Shown here piece after piece: positions 25,462 through 39,354 of a stretch of 64,000 nucleotides of DNA. This stretch comes from Octopus bimaculoides. Lineage: Eukaryota. The stretch lies in contig NC_069000.1 in NCBI RefSeq assembly GCF_001194135.2, positions 23,947,995-24,011,994 of the forward strand. The letters are read 5' to 3'. The position numbers and the translations under genes are program-made. Position 1 is the stretch's first letter. The number at the start of each line of letters is the position of its first letter. Below the pieces are notes generated by a model, which saw nothing but the letters and a program-made list of their open reading frames with translations, was not told the DNA's origin and ran no database searches.

Positions 25462-25574
25462 TGGCGGAAGTAAAGAATAAGCACACCACCTGTTTTTGGC
25501 GTAAAAAAAAACCCTAACCTTAAACCTAAACTCTAACCCTAAACACTGGGTGTGCATATTCTTTACTTTCGCCA
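25462..25574. mobile_element. 113-bp MITE with telomere-like interior and 7-8-bp TSD
   Basis: TIRs tggcggaagtaaagaataagcacacc / ggtgtgcatattctttactttcgcca; GTTTTGA on both sides; interior ccctaa-like repeats. Confidence 0.75.
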
Positions 25575-27631
25575 GTTTTGATTATATAGGAATTTATTGG
25601 GTGCAAAAAATGTGATAAAATAACGAAAGAAAGGCGGACAGATGCGATAAAATAATGAAAGAAATATGTAACCAATCTACTCACCTTTCTGCAAAGATGT
25701 CTTTCAGAGAAATTTCCTGGGATAAAATGAGGTTTACTGTGATAGAAAGTGAAATTTTTTTACAACTGAAAATGTTTTTTCTACAAAATGAAGCTTGAAA
25801 TTTACAAAAAAAATATGAGTCGTGCATTTGTGTGAATTCAAAATCTATATTGCTTAGCTATTTGACCAAGTAAATGTTCAGACTTTCTATTAGGGTACCT
25901 CTTTTTGTTCAACTTGACACCACCCAATACCTTTGGCAAAAATTGGCATTTCAAAATCTCAATATTATCCCCACCCCCACCAAATTTCTTCATGTTTTTC
26001 AGAATTTTTAAGTGGCAAAATACGTAGAAAATTTTTTTGATTACTGTTTTCACTATTCCACCCTTTTTTATAAACTTGTCTAACTTGATCAACGTTGATT
26101 AATTGGTGAAATTAGAATTTTTTTTTTTTTTTTTTTNNNNNNNNNNNNNNNNNNNNNNNNNNNNNNNNNNNNNNNNNNNNNNNNNNNGCAAAAAAAAAGA
26201 ATGTTTTTTCAAGTGATTGGTCCCAAAAAACTATGGTGGAAAAATTAGGTGGTTAGGGGATTCCAAAGAAGTACCAAAATAACAAAAATTGTGGTGAGGG
26301 GTGGGATGAAATTGTAATAAAAAAATTTTGTTTTATTAGTATTAATCAATTAGTTAAGATGTATTTAGTTAACTCATTGATTGTTTGATTAACCATTCAA
26401 TCAATCAGTTACCTTTGTTAAAGTTCTTTTGTCACCATTTGCAACTAAGAGGTTATGAATGGCAATGAAAAGACTTTGACAAACTTAAATGTTTGTTTGA
26501 TTGACCAAGCAGTTAATCAAACAATCGATTAGTTAATTAGTGATTAATCAATTGACTAATAATGATAAAAGAAGTGAAATAGAACCAGTGCATGTGTTTT
26601 TTTGGGGGGACACAATTACCCTCCCAAGACAGAAAAATATTTTTATTATGAACTTGAATCTGTTACCTTCCTGTTAAAGTATATTGCTATCAGTTGAAAC
26701 TGTTCAATATAAGATAGTGTCCAGATGCCTTCTTGACCATTTGTTAATATGCAGTTAAAATCCTCAAAGTCCTTACAAATGCTGCCCCTCACAATCTTTC
26801 TGGTGATTTCACATTCACATTTCATAAACTGCAAAGATTAACTTGCCACCCATGAACCAAGAAATACTTCAATGTGAAATTGAAATAAAAGATTTTTTTG
26901 TTTTTCCAATAGTGAAACAATAATCCAAAAATTTTCTATGTATTTCACCTCATAAAAATTCTGAAAAACATGAAACATAAAGAAATTTGGTCAGGTGGGG
27001 GTAAAATTGAAATTTTGAAATGCCAATTTTTACTAAGGGTATCAGGTAGTGTTGAGTTGGACAAAAAGAGATACTGTAATAGAAAGTTTGAACATTTACT
27101 TGTTCAAATAATTAAGCAGTGTAGATTTTGAACTCACACAAATGTGTAACTCATATTTTTTTGTAAATTTCAAATTTCATTTTGAAGAAGAACCACTTTC
27201 AGTTGTAAAAATTAAAAAAAACTGAACACTTTAATTTAACTTTCTGTCACAGTCAACCTCATTTTACCCCAGGAAATTTCTCTGAAAGACATCTTTGCAG
27301 AAAAGTGAGTAGATTGATTACATATTTCTTTCATTATTTTATCGCATTTTTTTGCCCCCAACAAATTCTTATATAATCACAACCTACACTATCTGAAGTG
27401 TATACGTAGAAAATTTTGTGAAGAAACAAAGCTGATCTGGGAATTTTTCTAAACTCCTCTCCTCACTGTTTGGAAAATTTTTTCTGAAAAATTCTGATCT
27501 AATTGGAATCTACACCGTATGATGAATATATGTAGAAAATTTTTTTTAAAAGTTATCCATTTTTTTGAAAGTTATTCAGAATTTCTGTAGCCAAAAACGT
27601 GGGTTTCTGTAGAAAAAAAACAACAAAAAAA

Positions 27632-29340
27632 CAGTAGTGGGTGTGGTGATGGTCTGCCTTGTCTGCCATCTAGACTTAGTAGACCTCCAATGTTGGCCAC
27701 AGGCAGGGCATTAATCCAGTCCCCTGAGAATTATGCACTAGCTGAAAGTAGGTGACACTTTGAAAATTGATCAGATTGATCAAGGAGAGAGTTGAAAGTG
27801 GCACCTGAATGCAGTTTGTTCCATACTCTCTGTTTCCATCTATCCTCCACTGTAACTGACAAACCCAGCTCTCTCCACTGTAATAGAGCTTCATCCATTT
27901 CCCTGTTGGAATATACCAAAGGGGAGTAAGCATGGAGGGAAGCAATAAAGATGAGCACTTGCACAGACCTAGACCCCCAAACTGTTTGGGCAAAGCAGCT
28001 TGGTCGTGGGAGCCTGGGGAGAGTTTGACATTGACCAAGCATTCGAGTTTGTATTGGTGGGATGACAGGAATCTGTAAGAGGGACTAACTCTCAGAAAAT
28101 ACGATATCTCAGGAATTGACAAGTAATTCTTAAATTTAAAAAAAACCTTGGTGGGGCTCTGTTACTTGAAGGTTTTTTTTAAAAGTTGTTCAAGGTTAGC
28201 CATTTTGGATGTAAAGATAGACTTGAAAGCTAGGTCGGTAATTGGGGTTCTAAGGGTGCACCACGCTGTTGAAGGAGGAATCACAATTGAATGGAGGGAG
28301 TCAACTAATTGTTTAGTAGTCTGCTCATGCGAAGCTGGGTGGTTGAGAAGCCAGAGCTTGCATTTGGAGCGGTTAATACTAAAACCTTTATGACCAAGTT
28401 TCTTGATCATCATCTTCACAGTTGCAAGCACCTTGTCAGGAGTGCCTCCAAACAAGCATCATCGAGGTACCAAACATTTAGGTCTAGGTCAGCTCCCATC
28501 TTGGTAACATCATCAATACCCAATGTGAATAGGGCAGGACCAAGTGGATCACTCTGTTGGAGGCAGATGGGATGAGGTGGTCACCAAACAAGAGGTAGGA
28601 GGGCTCCTGATAGGCTTACCAAGCTAAGTGATAAAGTGGTAGGGAGTTCTCCCTTAGTGCGGGGAGGTTGACATTTCGACTGATGGAGTTAAAGCATTCT
28701 TAAGGTGAAGTTTAAGGATGACCTTTGGGGACTTAGAGAGGGCAAGTTAGTGAAAGTCCTGGTGGCAGCAGCCTCACAGCCTAGCTTGGTACCTACTCCT
28801 AGTTGAATAGGGGAAAATTCCTCGGTCAGGCAGTTAGAAACTGAAGACAGGTACACTTTTGCTGTGAGCTGTCACAGAGTACAACCAACTGCTATGGAGC
28901 AGAAGTCACTGTTGGGCTTGATGAGACCAAATAGTTTGGCCCCAAAGAACGGGACAAATGTAAGCAAGGACACTCTTGGACGAGAACAAATTTATGAACT
29001 GTGTTAGGTTCTGCAAGAGTCCGAGCCCATCATCACCAGCTGACAGGGAGATACCATCCTTAAGATGTTGAGGTCATAAGCTATCAATCCCAGCACCAGA
29101 ACCTGCTGGAAAAGAGGCAGTTGCCTTCCTGACATTGTCAGGGGTGAAGAGGAGTGAGGGAGTCTGTGGTACACAGGACGAGGGCAGACAGAGAGGAAAG
29201 AAGGAGAACAACCCCTTTAATGTCAAATTCGTTGACTTTGACATTAACAGCTTTCTTTAAGTTAAATGGTTGACCATTGTTCGGGGTTGAGCTGATGACT
29301 GACCTGAGAGGTGGTTGAGGTAGATTTGAACAGCTCAAAC
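27632..29340 (-). mobile_element. CRE-clade non-LTR retrotransposon RT region, degenerate
   Basis: QQSDPLGPALF, VWYLDDA, LPKQFGGLGL and WINALPVANIG motifs across frameshifts. Confidence 0.8.
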
Positions 29341-29669
29341 TCCCACTGGGGAAGATGCAGTAAAATTGTTAAGAAAGTACAGAAAGTTCATAGAAATGTG
29401 GCAGCCTCATTGGAAAAATAAAGAACCTGTTAATTACTGAAATTAATTCATATTCCTTTAATGTATACTAAAGGAGAATAGAAGACAGTAGGGTATAATT
29501 TGAAGGAGTTTTGGCTACTATTTCTTATTGTTCAAACGACTAGGGAGTTGCTATCTCATTGGCCAGTCCAACAATTCGTAACAAGGCAAATATAGCTATA
29601 TTTTATCAATACAAAATGTTATTGACTTAACATATGTGTGTGCATCATCTGTCTGTCTAATCTAATCTA

Positions 29670-29722
<53 letters not shown>

Positions 29723-29949
29723 ATCTATCTATTTATCCAAGCATGTGTGCATGGCTTATAGGGGGTGTAGTTTAGCTGATACATCAATCCAGTGTCTGTG
29801 AATATCTGACAGGCCCCTACCCACAAAAAAAAAAAGACATAGAAAAAAGAAACCCTCTCAGTTCCCTTCAGTTTTGAAAAGAGCCCTGCCATGTGTGTGT
29901 GTGAGAGAGAGAGAGAGAGAGGGAGAGAGAGCTAGCACTCCACTAAACT

Positions 29950-30715
29950 GTTGAAGCATCTTGATGACCAACAATTGAGGAAACATGCAGGTTTTCCAAG
30001 TAACTACAGTATAATAGACTACATATCCATTCTGACACAGCTTCTAAAATGAACAAAAGAGTAGCAGCTGTTCCTTTGTATCTCCTTTGTCGATCATGAA
30101 AAGGCCTTTGATGGTGTGAAGGTGAATGTAGTGCTGGAGTCTCAGGAAATGCAAAGAGTTGAAGCACAATACATCAAGCTTCTCAGAGAGATGAACTCAA
30201 GATGTGCCTTGATATAGGTTAGCTGTCACCATCTATATTAGTTCCAGTCACAAAGGGTGTTAAACAAGGAGATACCATCTCTCTGAAGCTATTCCTCATG
30301 TTTTGAATTGGTCATCAGAGACATTGATTGGAGAGGTGACATTAACATCAATGGTGAGATACTATCACACCTCCAGTTCCCAGAAACATAAATCAGTTCA
30401 GCTGAAAGAGAATGCTGACAAAGCTGGACACCTATAGTTCAGCAGTAGGCCTCAAAATAAATTATATGAAAACAAAATACTTCCTCATCATCATCATCCT
30501 TTAACATCCATTGTTCAAGCTTGCATGGGTTGGACTCCTCTGGTATGAAAATAGCATGAAGCTGAATAGTGATGTGATGGATGAAATGAAGGAAGTGAAA
30601 GAGTGTATCTACTTGGGGAAGACAAGAAATATATACTGAGGCATGAATGCTGAAATATCCTGCATAGTAAGATTTGGATGGAAGGCCTCAATTAAAGATG
30701 TGCTCAATAAAATAA
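29950..30715 (+). mobile_element. RTE-type LINE RT fragment, heavily degraded
   Basis: FVDHEKAFD, KGVKQGDTIS and INGEILSHLQF remnants. Confidence 0.65.
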
Positions 30716-31495
30716 CCGTCATCACTGTTGTTTAATCTCCACTTTTCCATGCATAGGTAAGATAGAATTTGTTGATGCCTTTCTTTTCATTATACATACA
30801 TATGTATGTATATTTGTATGTATACTCGAAGGATTCCAGGGTTGCCCAGAAAGTAGACTCTGTTTTTAGCTAATTAGTTGAATTTAAATGATGGTAATTC
30901 TGCATAAAATTATTATATCATTGCATTTATATTATCAGCAACAGGCATTTTTTTTTTCTGTTTCTGAAAATTTACTTGCATATAAAAAGAAAGGTGTTAT
31001 CATGTATGGCTGAGTTGTGCAGTAAACATCCTACTCATGTATCTTTTAATTTATTTAGAATTTTTTTTTTGATTCCTAGTTCCATATAAAAAGAAAATCA
31101 CAAATTTAATTTTTTTGAATATGTTCCCTCTCCATGTAACTAATATTAAACCTTAATCCTAACCCTAACCCCTAAATTTAAATTAGATTTTTTCTGGTAG
31201 GATTATCTTTTCCTCTGAATAATATATCTAATTCAAAGAATAGTTTTTGAATACAATGTCAAAAATGGAAAAGCTAGTGCTGGTTGTCTACTCTGAAACA
31301 GAGGGTGTGCACTGGCTAGCAATTTTTAATAGATGGAATTTCAGAGCTTGTTTTCACAATTTTTCATAACCATAAAGAAATTTTCTTTAATGAATAGAAA
31401 ATAGAAATGTAGGCAATTAGGCTTTGTTTTGCATAGCTCCACTAATAAATAATGTTTAATTTATATATTATTTATATGGAATATATATTGTTTAA

Positions 31496-31715
31496 CCCTT
31501 TAGCATTCAGATTGCTTTGTCAAATGTATTGCTTATTTATTCACATTGTTTAAAATTAATCATGGATTATCTTTTGGCTTAAAGATTTCAATGGCATGTT
31601 CATATATTTTTAGAATGACATTGTAGTGTAGGTCTGAGAGGTTGGATCTAGTCAGTTTTAACATAAAACAAGTAGAATATTTGGGCCGTATATGGCTGGA
31701 TTAAATGCTAAAAGG
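31496..31715. mobile_element. piggyBac-type MITE
   Basis: TTAA on both sides; TIRs CCCTTTAGCATT / AATGCTAAAAGG. Confidence 0.75.
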
Positions 31716-32339
31716 TTAATATAGGCATAGAGATGGGTATGTAATAAAAATGCAGCTGGTTACCTTGTAATCATATGCTTTCAGTTTCCTTTTAATCAAC
31801 ATCATCATTGTAAATGACCCAGAATTGATTTTAATAAAATTATATTTTATATAACAGAACACTGTGGGATTTCTTGTGAAAATTTATCTCCTTTTTAAGA
31901 AATTAAATTGTTTTCTATATTTATAGTAGTCTGATATCTAATGCAATGTGCTTCAGATTTGGGTTCAGTGTATTATATAATTTATTTGTGTGAATGGTGT
32001 ATAACTAATTCAAGCATATTAAATAAGTAAACATGATCAAGTGAAAATAAAATCAGTTTCATTCTATTTGAAACTATTGTTGAACTTATAATCTTCCATC
32101 CTCGAAAGTCTTTAATTCTTAAAACAATTTGAAAAATGAATATGAACCAGATTGTCAATCACCTTAGAAGTAAAATCATCCTTTCCACATGTTATAACAT
32201 GTGGAAACTGGAGTGCTCAGAGAAAACTCATATTTAAATATTGGAACTTGCAATATATGTAGTAAGAGCTGGTACTGAAAATTGTCATGAGTCCCAACTA
32301 CAACAGTATTAGATCTCTCCATCACAGCTTTAGTAAATC

Positions 32340-35300
32340 TGAACATGCACATCAGTACTTCCAGATATTATGGCCATGAGCAAAGTAGGACTCCTCAAGA
32401 TGCAGTCCAGCAGCTATTATTGTTTACCCTCAGGATTTAGAAATTGACATATACTAGAAACTGAAATCTTCTAAATAAAAAGAGCACATCTATTAGTGTG
32501 GATGGTGTATAATCACATCCTCTCCGTTGGTGTATCAGTGAGAATGTTAGCTTTGATGATGTCTGTTAACCATTACTTTTGTATCATTGCTTAACCTTGG
32601 CTGATCTAAATTATACAATATTGAAGATTTTTCTTTTAGCTGAAGTCTGAGATAAATCTGAAGATTCCAAAAATTTTTCAAATTCTGTGGGATAGTGAAT
32701 TACTTCTTCCTAATATAAGAGCTTAAGCCATTGATTTGGTGTGACTTTTTCCTTGAAGTACCTGCAACAGCTGTCTGTTGATGATGTTGATCATAATATT
32801 TTTGATACAGGTCTAGCTCTTTCACACAACGATTAGTATGTTAGGTAATGATGTCACAAGTTAGGAGTCATAAATACCTTTGATGTTAATTCATTGGGTC
32901 AGTGGCAACATTATTGTTAGAAAGAAGTCTTTACTTTCTAGCTCAAAACAAATGTTTGGCACACTAACTTGACAGCTGATCTCCAAAAATCAGACAGAAC
33001 CTGATTTTGGTAGTTAGTTTGAATATTAGCCTTAGTTTGAATCAATAATGATTGAAGGCAAGTATGGATTTCATTGGTTTCTGTTCTCTTTTGTGATCTG
33101 GCTGGATTTTGATGGAAGTCACCTGGCAATACCTTTCTTTTGAGATCTGTTGTCATGCAAGTTCTCCAATATCTTGTTGAGGACCTCAAATGTTCTCTTG
33201 TGCACAATTGTCCCTTCATTCTAGGCAAGCATTTGGATTCTCATGTCTGGTTCTTGAATACTGGAAAATATTGTATGCGGGTGCATCATTTTTATCTCAG
33301 AGAAACTTGCAAATAGAAAGAGCTGTGTGGCACTAGGATGGAGCATAACAGCAATACCCGAGAGGCAACGGCACAAGACTGTCTTTCCAGTTCCAAGAGG
33401 AGCATCAAGGAAACATATCCCAGCTTCTTTTTAGTGAGCCTTTTCAAAAATAGTAGAATAAACTGTTCTTTCATCTACAGCAAGTTTGGGTTCATGGTCA
33501 TTAATATATTATTATCTTTATGTGTCACCATTTTGTTATGTCTCTTTCATAGCTTATTGACTTCAGAGTGGTTAGGTTAAGGGAGAACATATTTTTTTGT
33601 TGGCCATTTATATTATTGAGCTTCTTCTCAATCTCATTGAAGGCTGCATTGTAGAATTCATGTACATATCTTATTTCCATATTGGGAGAAGTTGGTTATT
33701 GTTCTACTTGATGCTTGAAATTTTCAACTATGTCATCAAGATATATGAGCCAAGCTTAAAGCAGATTGGATAGATCACAGCATTTTAACAGTGCAGTATA
33801 CAAAACCCAAATAGTTTTGGTTGTTTGAGATTCAGAAGATTGTGACAATGTTGCATCCCATTTGGTATCATGCCTAAGGCATGCCCCTCTGTAGGTAGTA
33901 CAAACTTTTCCACCAGCTTTATGAAGGCTTTGAAATCAACTTGGACCTCTATCTTCATAGAGAAGCATCCGTGTTGACTGGGATATACAGTATATACTGT
34001 CCAAATAGCACTGTTAAAACTTATGTCAGGCTTCTTTTCAACCTTGTTTTTTCCATCTTTATGATGTGTTCCGCATATAGTAGGATAGAACCTACTATAT
34101 GATGGTACAACAATGCTTATGCAAGAGGACTGGTAAAGCTGTCCTCTTGCATAAGCGTTGTAAGTTTTGGGTCCCCTGGATATTGTGCTTGTTGTGAAGT
34201 AAGCTCATTGACCATTTTCCAATCGCACAAGTTGTTGAATGCCAGGATATCTCTCATGAATGTGAAAAACAAAAATATGTTAAAAAGTGTCATTGTTGTT
34301 GATGTATCATCCATGCTGAAATTGGATAATGTTATCAAAGCTATTTTGCTTCATCAGAGCAAACATTGCTAGATTAGATTTCTTGTTAAACATATTTTCA
34401 GTAGTATTTGATAGAGTTTATTGAGTTACAGAACTCAACTGCATTAAATTTGTTCCTTAGGAGGGAGCAGGAGGAAACTATCTTCTATTCATTGTCAATT
34501 TCATGCTGTACAATCAAGTTTTGAGTGCCTCCATCTTCTAATGGTCTTCTGTTAGAGGAACAGCTATTTTCAGCTGTTTTGAGTGTCCTTGACAAAAGTT
34601 ATTGAAAACTAATTGATGCATTAGTTGTCTTCTTTGCAAGGTGAATTCCTGCTAAAGTCACAACAAAGCCCATTAAGCATTTAGGGTTTAACAATATTGA
34701 AGAGCACTTTCCTTGCCTTGGTCTTGAGGCTCTGGAATCAGTTTGATTGTATGTGGTCAACCCATTTTTGGCATTCTTTGATATACATGTCCAAATACTT
34801 TGCAGTTAGCAATCGTTCATTTTCTCAGTTTTATATGGAAAATTTTAGTTGTGAGAATGTTTGACCTGGAAAAATCTCTTAAATTTTCATTTGGAGTTGC
34901 AGCAGAAGTACTGAAGTGTTCTAGGCTGCTACAGCAATGAAAATATGCCATTGTTTCGTGTGTTTGTTTGTACATGCAGTGGGAGTTACACATACAACTT
35001 GATGGGAGAACACAAAGCTGACCAGTTTTTCCACCAGCTTTATCATTATTGGTGCTTCTTGTAAATGCAAAAAGGAGTCTGTCCACAGCACTTTTTTGTG
35101 AGTTCTAATATAGCACAATTTCTCAGATGGCATCTTAGCATGCATATCCACTGCAGTTTTGTGGAAGAGAGTTTGACTTTCATACAGGTGGCTGAATGAA
35201 TTGTGAACTATGACATGATAGGTATACAAAGTTCACACAGAAAACAGATTTTGAAGAATTTGATCCAGCTTGTGATATTCCAAAGTGGTACTTATCCTCA

Positions 35301-35430
35301 TCATTGACTATAAAGAAGATATTATTCATCTAATGTATATTTTTGACAGTGTTGTCTTTACACTTCAGAATGAAATCCCTTTTTGCTATGTGGTCTCCCA
35401 TTCATGATGACAGCAACTTCATTGCAGTCT
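32340..35430 (-). mobile_element. Helitron RepHel (HUH Rep + Pif1 helicase) fossil
   Basis: AVDMHAKMPSEKLCYIR and GQLCVLPSS (Rep); AVASR, PGDFHQ, NLDQPRLSNDT, ANILT...EDVII and GLHLEESYFAHG (Pif1), in the expected order with many stops. Confidence 0.85.
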
Positions 35431-36266
35431 GATGCTTTGAAATGAGTTGGATGTTCTCTAGACGGTCTCTTGTATTATATGAAAATCTGAAATTCTAAGG
35501 TGAAAGGACTGTTTCTTTCTGTTATTTCTGTAGTTTCTCTTTTCTCTCACTTTTTTCATTTTGTTTACATTTCCATATCTTCTTATGTTTAAGTTTGATA
35601 CTCAGTGCTTACATTTGCAAAACCATTTATGGCATTTATGTATGAATCACTAATAAAACTACGTTTGGTCATGACTGAAATTTGACTTCCTGCTTTGATT
35701 AATCAAAATGAATTAATAGAATAACAAAGAATAGAAGAGAGCAAGAGGCAGCTGAGGGGGAATAAAAGATAGAAATAATGAGACAGAGGAAAGGAGGTAA
35801 TAAGAAGAGTTAAAAAGATGAAATGAAAAGGAGAGGGGGGGAATCAAAAGTACCATGAGAAAAAAAAAAAGGAAATCAAGAAATATTGATAATATTAAGA
35901 TGGTTGAGAGAGAGAATGAAAGAGAAATAAAAGCAATAGAGAGAAGGAGAGAGTGTGAGAGAACTTGAAGTAGGAAAGTTTTCTGTGAGGGGTAGTAGTA
36001 AGCACAGAATAGTGAAACAAAGATTCAGAATTTGACAGCAGAGAATGTGATGATAGCCGCATACAAATTTAAAGAGGGAAAGGAGAAGATAATTATATAT
36101 ATATTTTTTTTTGTAACTCAGCTCTACATTACTTAAAATTTCCTGATTATGTCAGATGAACCCATCTCACCAGATATATGGAGAGATAGCTGATGAAATG
36201 GGTTCATCTTATGTGTCTGTGAAACTTTGTCATATGGAACTGAATCAAACTGTTACAAAATATATA

Positions 36267-37555
36267 CAAGAAGTTAAAAATTATCTGCACCTTTGCCAAA
36301 ACTTACTTTAGGTTGGCTGCTTTGCCCTCAGTGCTCACCTGCTAAAAGATAGTACACTTGTGGTTATGTATCTGAAGTTTGACCTTGATCATTTCAGTTT
36401 TCTTTCTTGTGTTACAGAATAAATATATCTGCCCTGCTGACAGCGTGCACCAAGGAAGAACAGATCAGTGATCAGATTTCTCTGGTCTGAAGATGTGCCA
36501 AGGGCTGAAATTCATCATAGGGTTTCAGTACAATATGGAGACAACACATAACCACATTGAAGTGTGTATGAGTGGAGTGGGAAGTTTAAGACTGGTTAGA
36601 TAAGTGTGAAGCACAAAGAGGGAGCAGGACACCTGTCAACTTCCACCACTAACATGAAGATTCAACAAGCTTGAGAGATGGTTCTGGTGAACTGATGAGT
36701 GACCATCGATGAGGTGGCATGTTCTCTGCAAGTTAGTCTTAGTTCTGTATGCGAAACATTCATGACAAGCTTCACTTCTGTAAAGTCTGTGTGAGATGGA
36801 TGCTGTGAGAGCTTACCAAAGTGCGGAAAGCTAGGTTGTGTGGAGGTTTGTTAATGTTTACTCAACCTCTACAACGTTGAAGGCGAAGTTCTTTTGGAGA
36901 TAATTGTTACAGAAGATGAGAGTTGGGTTCATCAGTTTGAGCCAGAATCCAAAAGGCAGCGTATAGAGTGGAAATCCCAGAATCATCAGCAAAGAAATTC
37001 AAGACTTAACTTTCTGCAGAAAAAAGTAGTGCAAACTGTTTTCTGGGATGCAAAAGGGTTTTTACCGGAAGGTTACAGAGTCACCAATGTAGGCTACAGT
37101 TAAATGCTGGCCAACAAACTGAAACCAGCTATTCACACCAAATGCCAAAGTCTATTGTCAAAGGAAGTGTTATTGTTGCACAGCAATGTACACCCACATA
37201 CAGCCACCCACACCGTTGAAACCATTGAAAAATTGGGTTTCAAGTTACTGGAACACTCTACATACAATCCAGAAATCACCCCTTCCAATTATCACCTCTG
37301 TGAGCCACTCAAACATTCTTTATGAGGTTGTCAATTTTCTATGGGCAAAGACATGCAGGAAGCAGTGCATAAATGGTTGCACAACCAGCTGAAGAACCTT
37401 CTTCTCTGATAGAATAAACAAACTTGTGGACCACTGGAAGAAATGCATTGAAAAACAAGAAAACTATGTTAAAAAATGATGTAATTGCTCAACCCCTGCT
37501 TTTGTTTTAATAAATTAGAGAAACAAGAGTGTGTACAATTTTTGATTTACCTTCA
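36267..37555 (+). mobile_element. Near full-length mariner (DD34D), decayed
   Basis: IVTEDESWV, LLHSNVHPH and YNPEITPSNY with 34-aa spacing between the second and third catalytic positions; degenerate TIRs with TA; ~1.29 kb. Confidence 0.85.
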
Positions 37556-39354
37556 TATAACTCCTACCAAATATATTGAGAGCCACTTTATTTTGTATGT
37601 CCACTCCCTCAGAGAGAGAGAGAGAGCATTCTATTTAAACAATGTCAATTTAAAATGCCTTTGAAAGATTAATTGACATAAATGATGTGATAAGATATGA
37701 GACTTTTGGGCAACATACTGAGAGATTGTCAAATTAGGAAAATTAAAATGAGTTAAGAGAATTAGCTCAAACGGATCAGTGGCATGGATAAATAAGTGAA
37801 GAAGTGGTATACTTAGAGTGTTCAGATATCTCAGTTTTCTGGGATTCACCCTAGTTTCCAAACAACAGTCCCACTATCCTGAAAGAATGCTTTGCCCCAA
37901 TTTTTTAAATTGTATTTAAATTTTTTAAAATAATTTTTCAGGATGATGATAAATATTTTCCAGTTTGTTTTTATATAAACATTTAAAATTTTTTCTCTCT
38001 ACAAATCTACAATGAATGGCTGGATGAAAAAAGAACAGACTAGATATTTCAACAATCAATGCTATTATTTCATGCATATTTAATTTTAAAGTGTAGAGTG
38101 TGTGAAATTATCTGAAATCATTAAAAATGAAAAAGAAGTATTGGAAAAATAAATTAGAATTCAATTAAGTACAATGCCAGTGATTAGCTGCCTAGATTTT
38201 AAAAATATATATTGTGATTTTAACTATTGTAATGGCTATTAATTTTTTCAATAAATTATTAAGCAAAGTACAGTGTCAGTTATTCTTAGTCTCTTATATG
38301 AAAGGCATATAATATATATGATTGTCTGCAACAGCATTTTAACATCCACTCCACTTTTCCATGCTTGTGTGGGTTTGATAGCTTTCCTGATACCTACCCT
38401 TACCTGTATCCTAGTAAGGTAATATTTCCCCATAGCTGGGCATGTTTTTTTGTAGAATATTGAAATGAATGACATTCATTTATATCAATTACATGATGTC
38501 ACTGCAAGGAGACACAAACACACACACACATGTATACTAGGGCTTTCAGTTACCACCTTTCAAATCCAAAATAGACACTTGCTCAGGGTGCAACACATTT
38601 GGATTGAACCTGAAACCATGATGTCAGGAAGCAAACTTTTTTAACCACACAGCTAAGCCTGTATGCATATTTGTACCTGATGAATATGTTTGAGATATTT
38701 CTCAACATATGAAACTATTAGTAGCACTTAAAGACATGTATTGTGACCTTTAAATAAATAATATTTATTTCCCACCAGATGGAGTACTTTTTTGTTGATC
38801 TCTTTATCAAGGAACAATACATTATATATGTATATATATAGATATATATATTTTTTTGAGTGTATAAACTAAGATCCTTTCTTGTCTTGATTGCATATTA
38901 AAATAATACGATCACCCTTAGCTGTACTGAATGCAATACACGAAAAATTCTTTGTTGAAATTTGCTTTTTAGTTAGAAGAAGAGCAGATTTTCCAATGTG
39001 AAAACTCTTCTGTCTTCATGAGAAGCTATCAAAGATTGCTAAGCTTAGCATTTGAAAGGTGTGTAGTTTGAACAGTATTAGACAATGTTGTAAAATGGTA
39101 TCTACTCTATTGACAGATGTCATGAGGTAGACTTGTCAGTCCCATACCAAAACTAAAAGGGAGTGTACAAATGTTCCATAATGACAATTATTTTCTGAAT
39201 TAGTGTGGTTGTAATTGGTAAATTAGCAGCATACTTGGACATGTACACACATACACGCACAAAAGCATGTGTGGCCCCCTTCTCCACATATATACATGTA
39301 CACTCTGGCACTGAATATCATTTTTACTCCATTTTATTTTATTTCTGATTTCAG

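Larger units (their letters stand above)
22730..27625. mobile_element. Nested cluster of AT-rich modular inverted-repeat (foldback/MITE-like) elements
   Basis: cctacacaagtgtgcc modules at 22740, 23440 (inverted) and 25256; ~700-bp homologous arms 25330-26110 and 26860-27500 in opposite orientation. Confidence 0.6.

Noticed and set aside
36155-36235. CTGATGA...GAAAC-TTT-GTC hammerhead-like string
   Set aside because: Stem I and stem II do not pair in the required register
38970-39058. Open exon-like segment (MRSYQRLLSLAFE) resembling the BBS12 N-terminus
   Set aside because: Phase 0 to 2 does not fit between exons 1 and 2, and the 22169 + 39355 model aligns better
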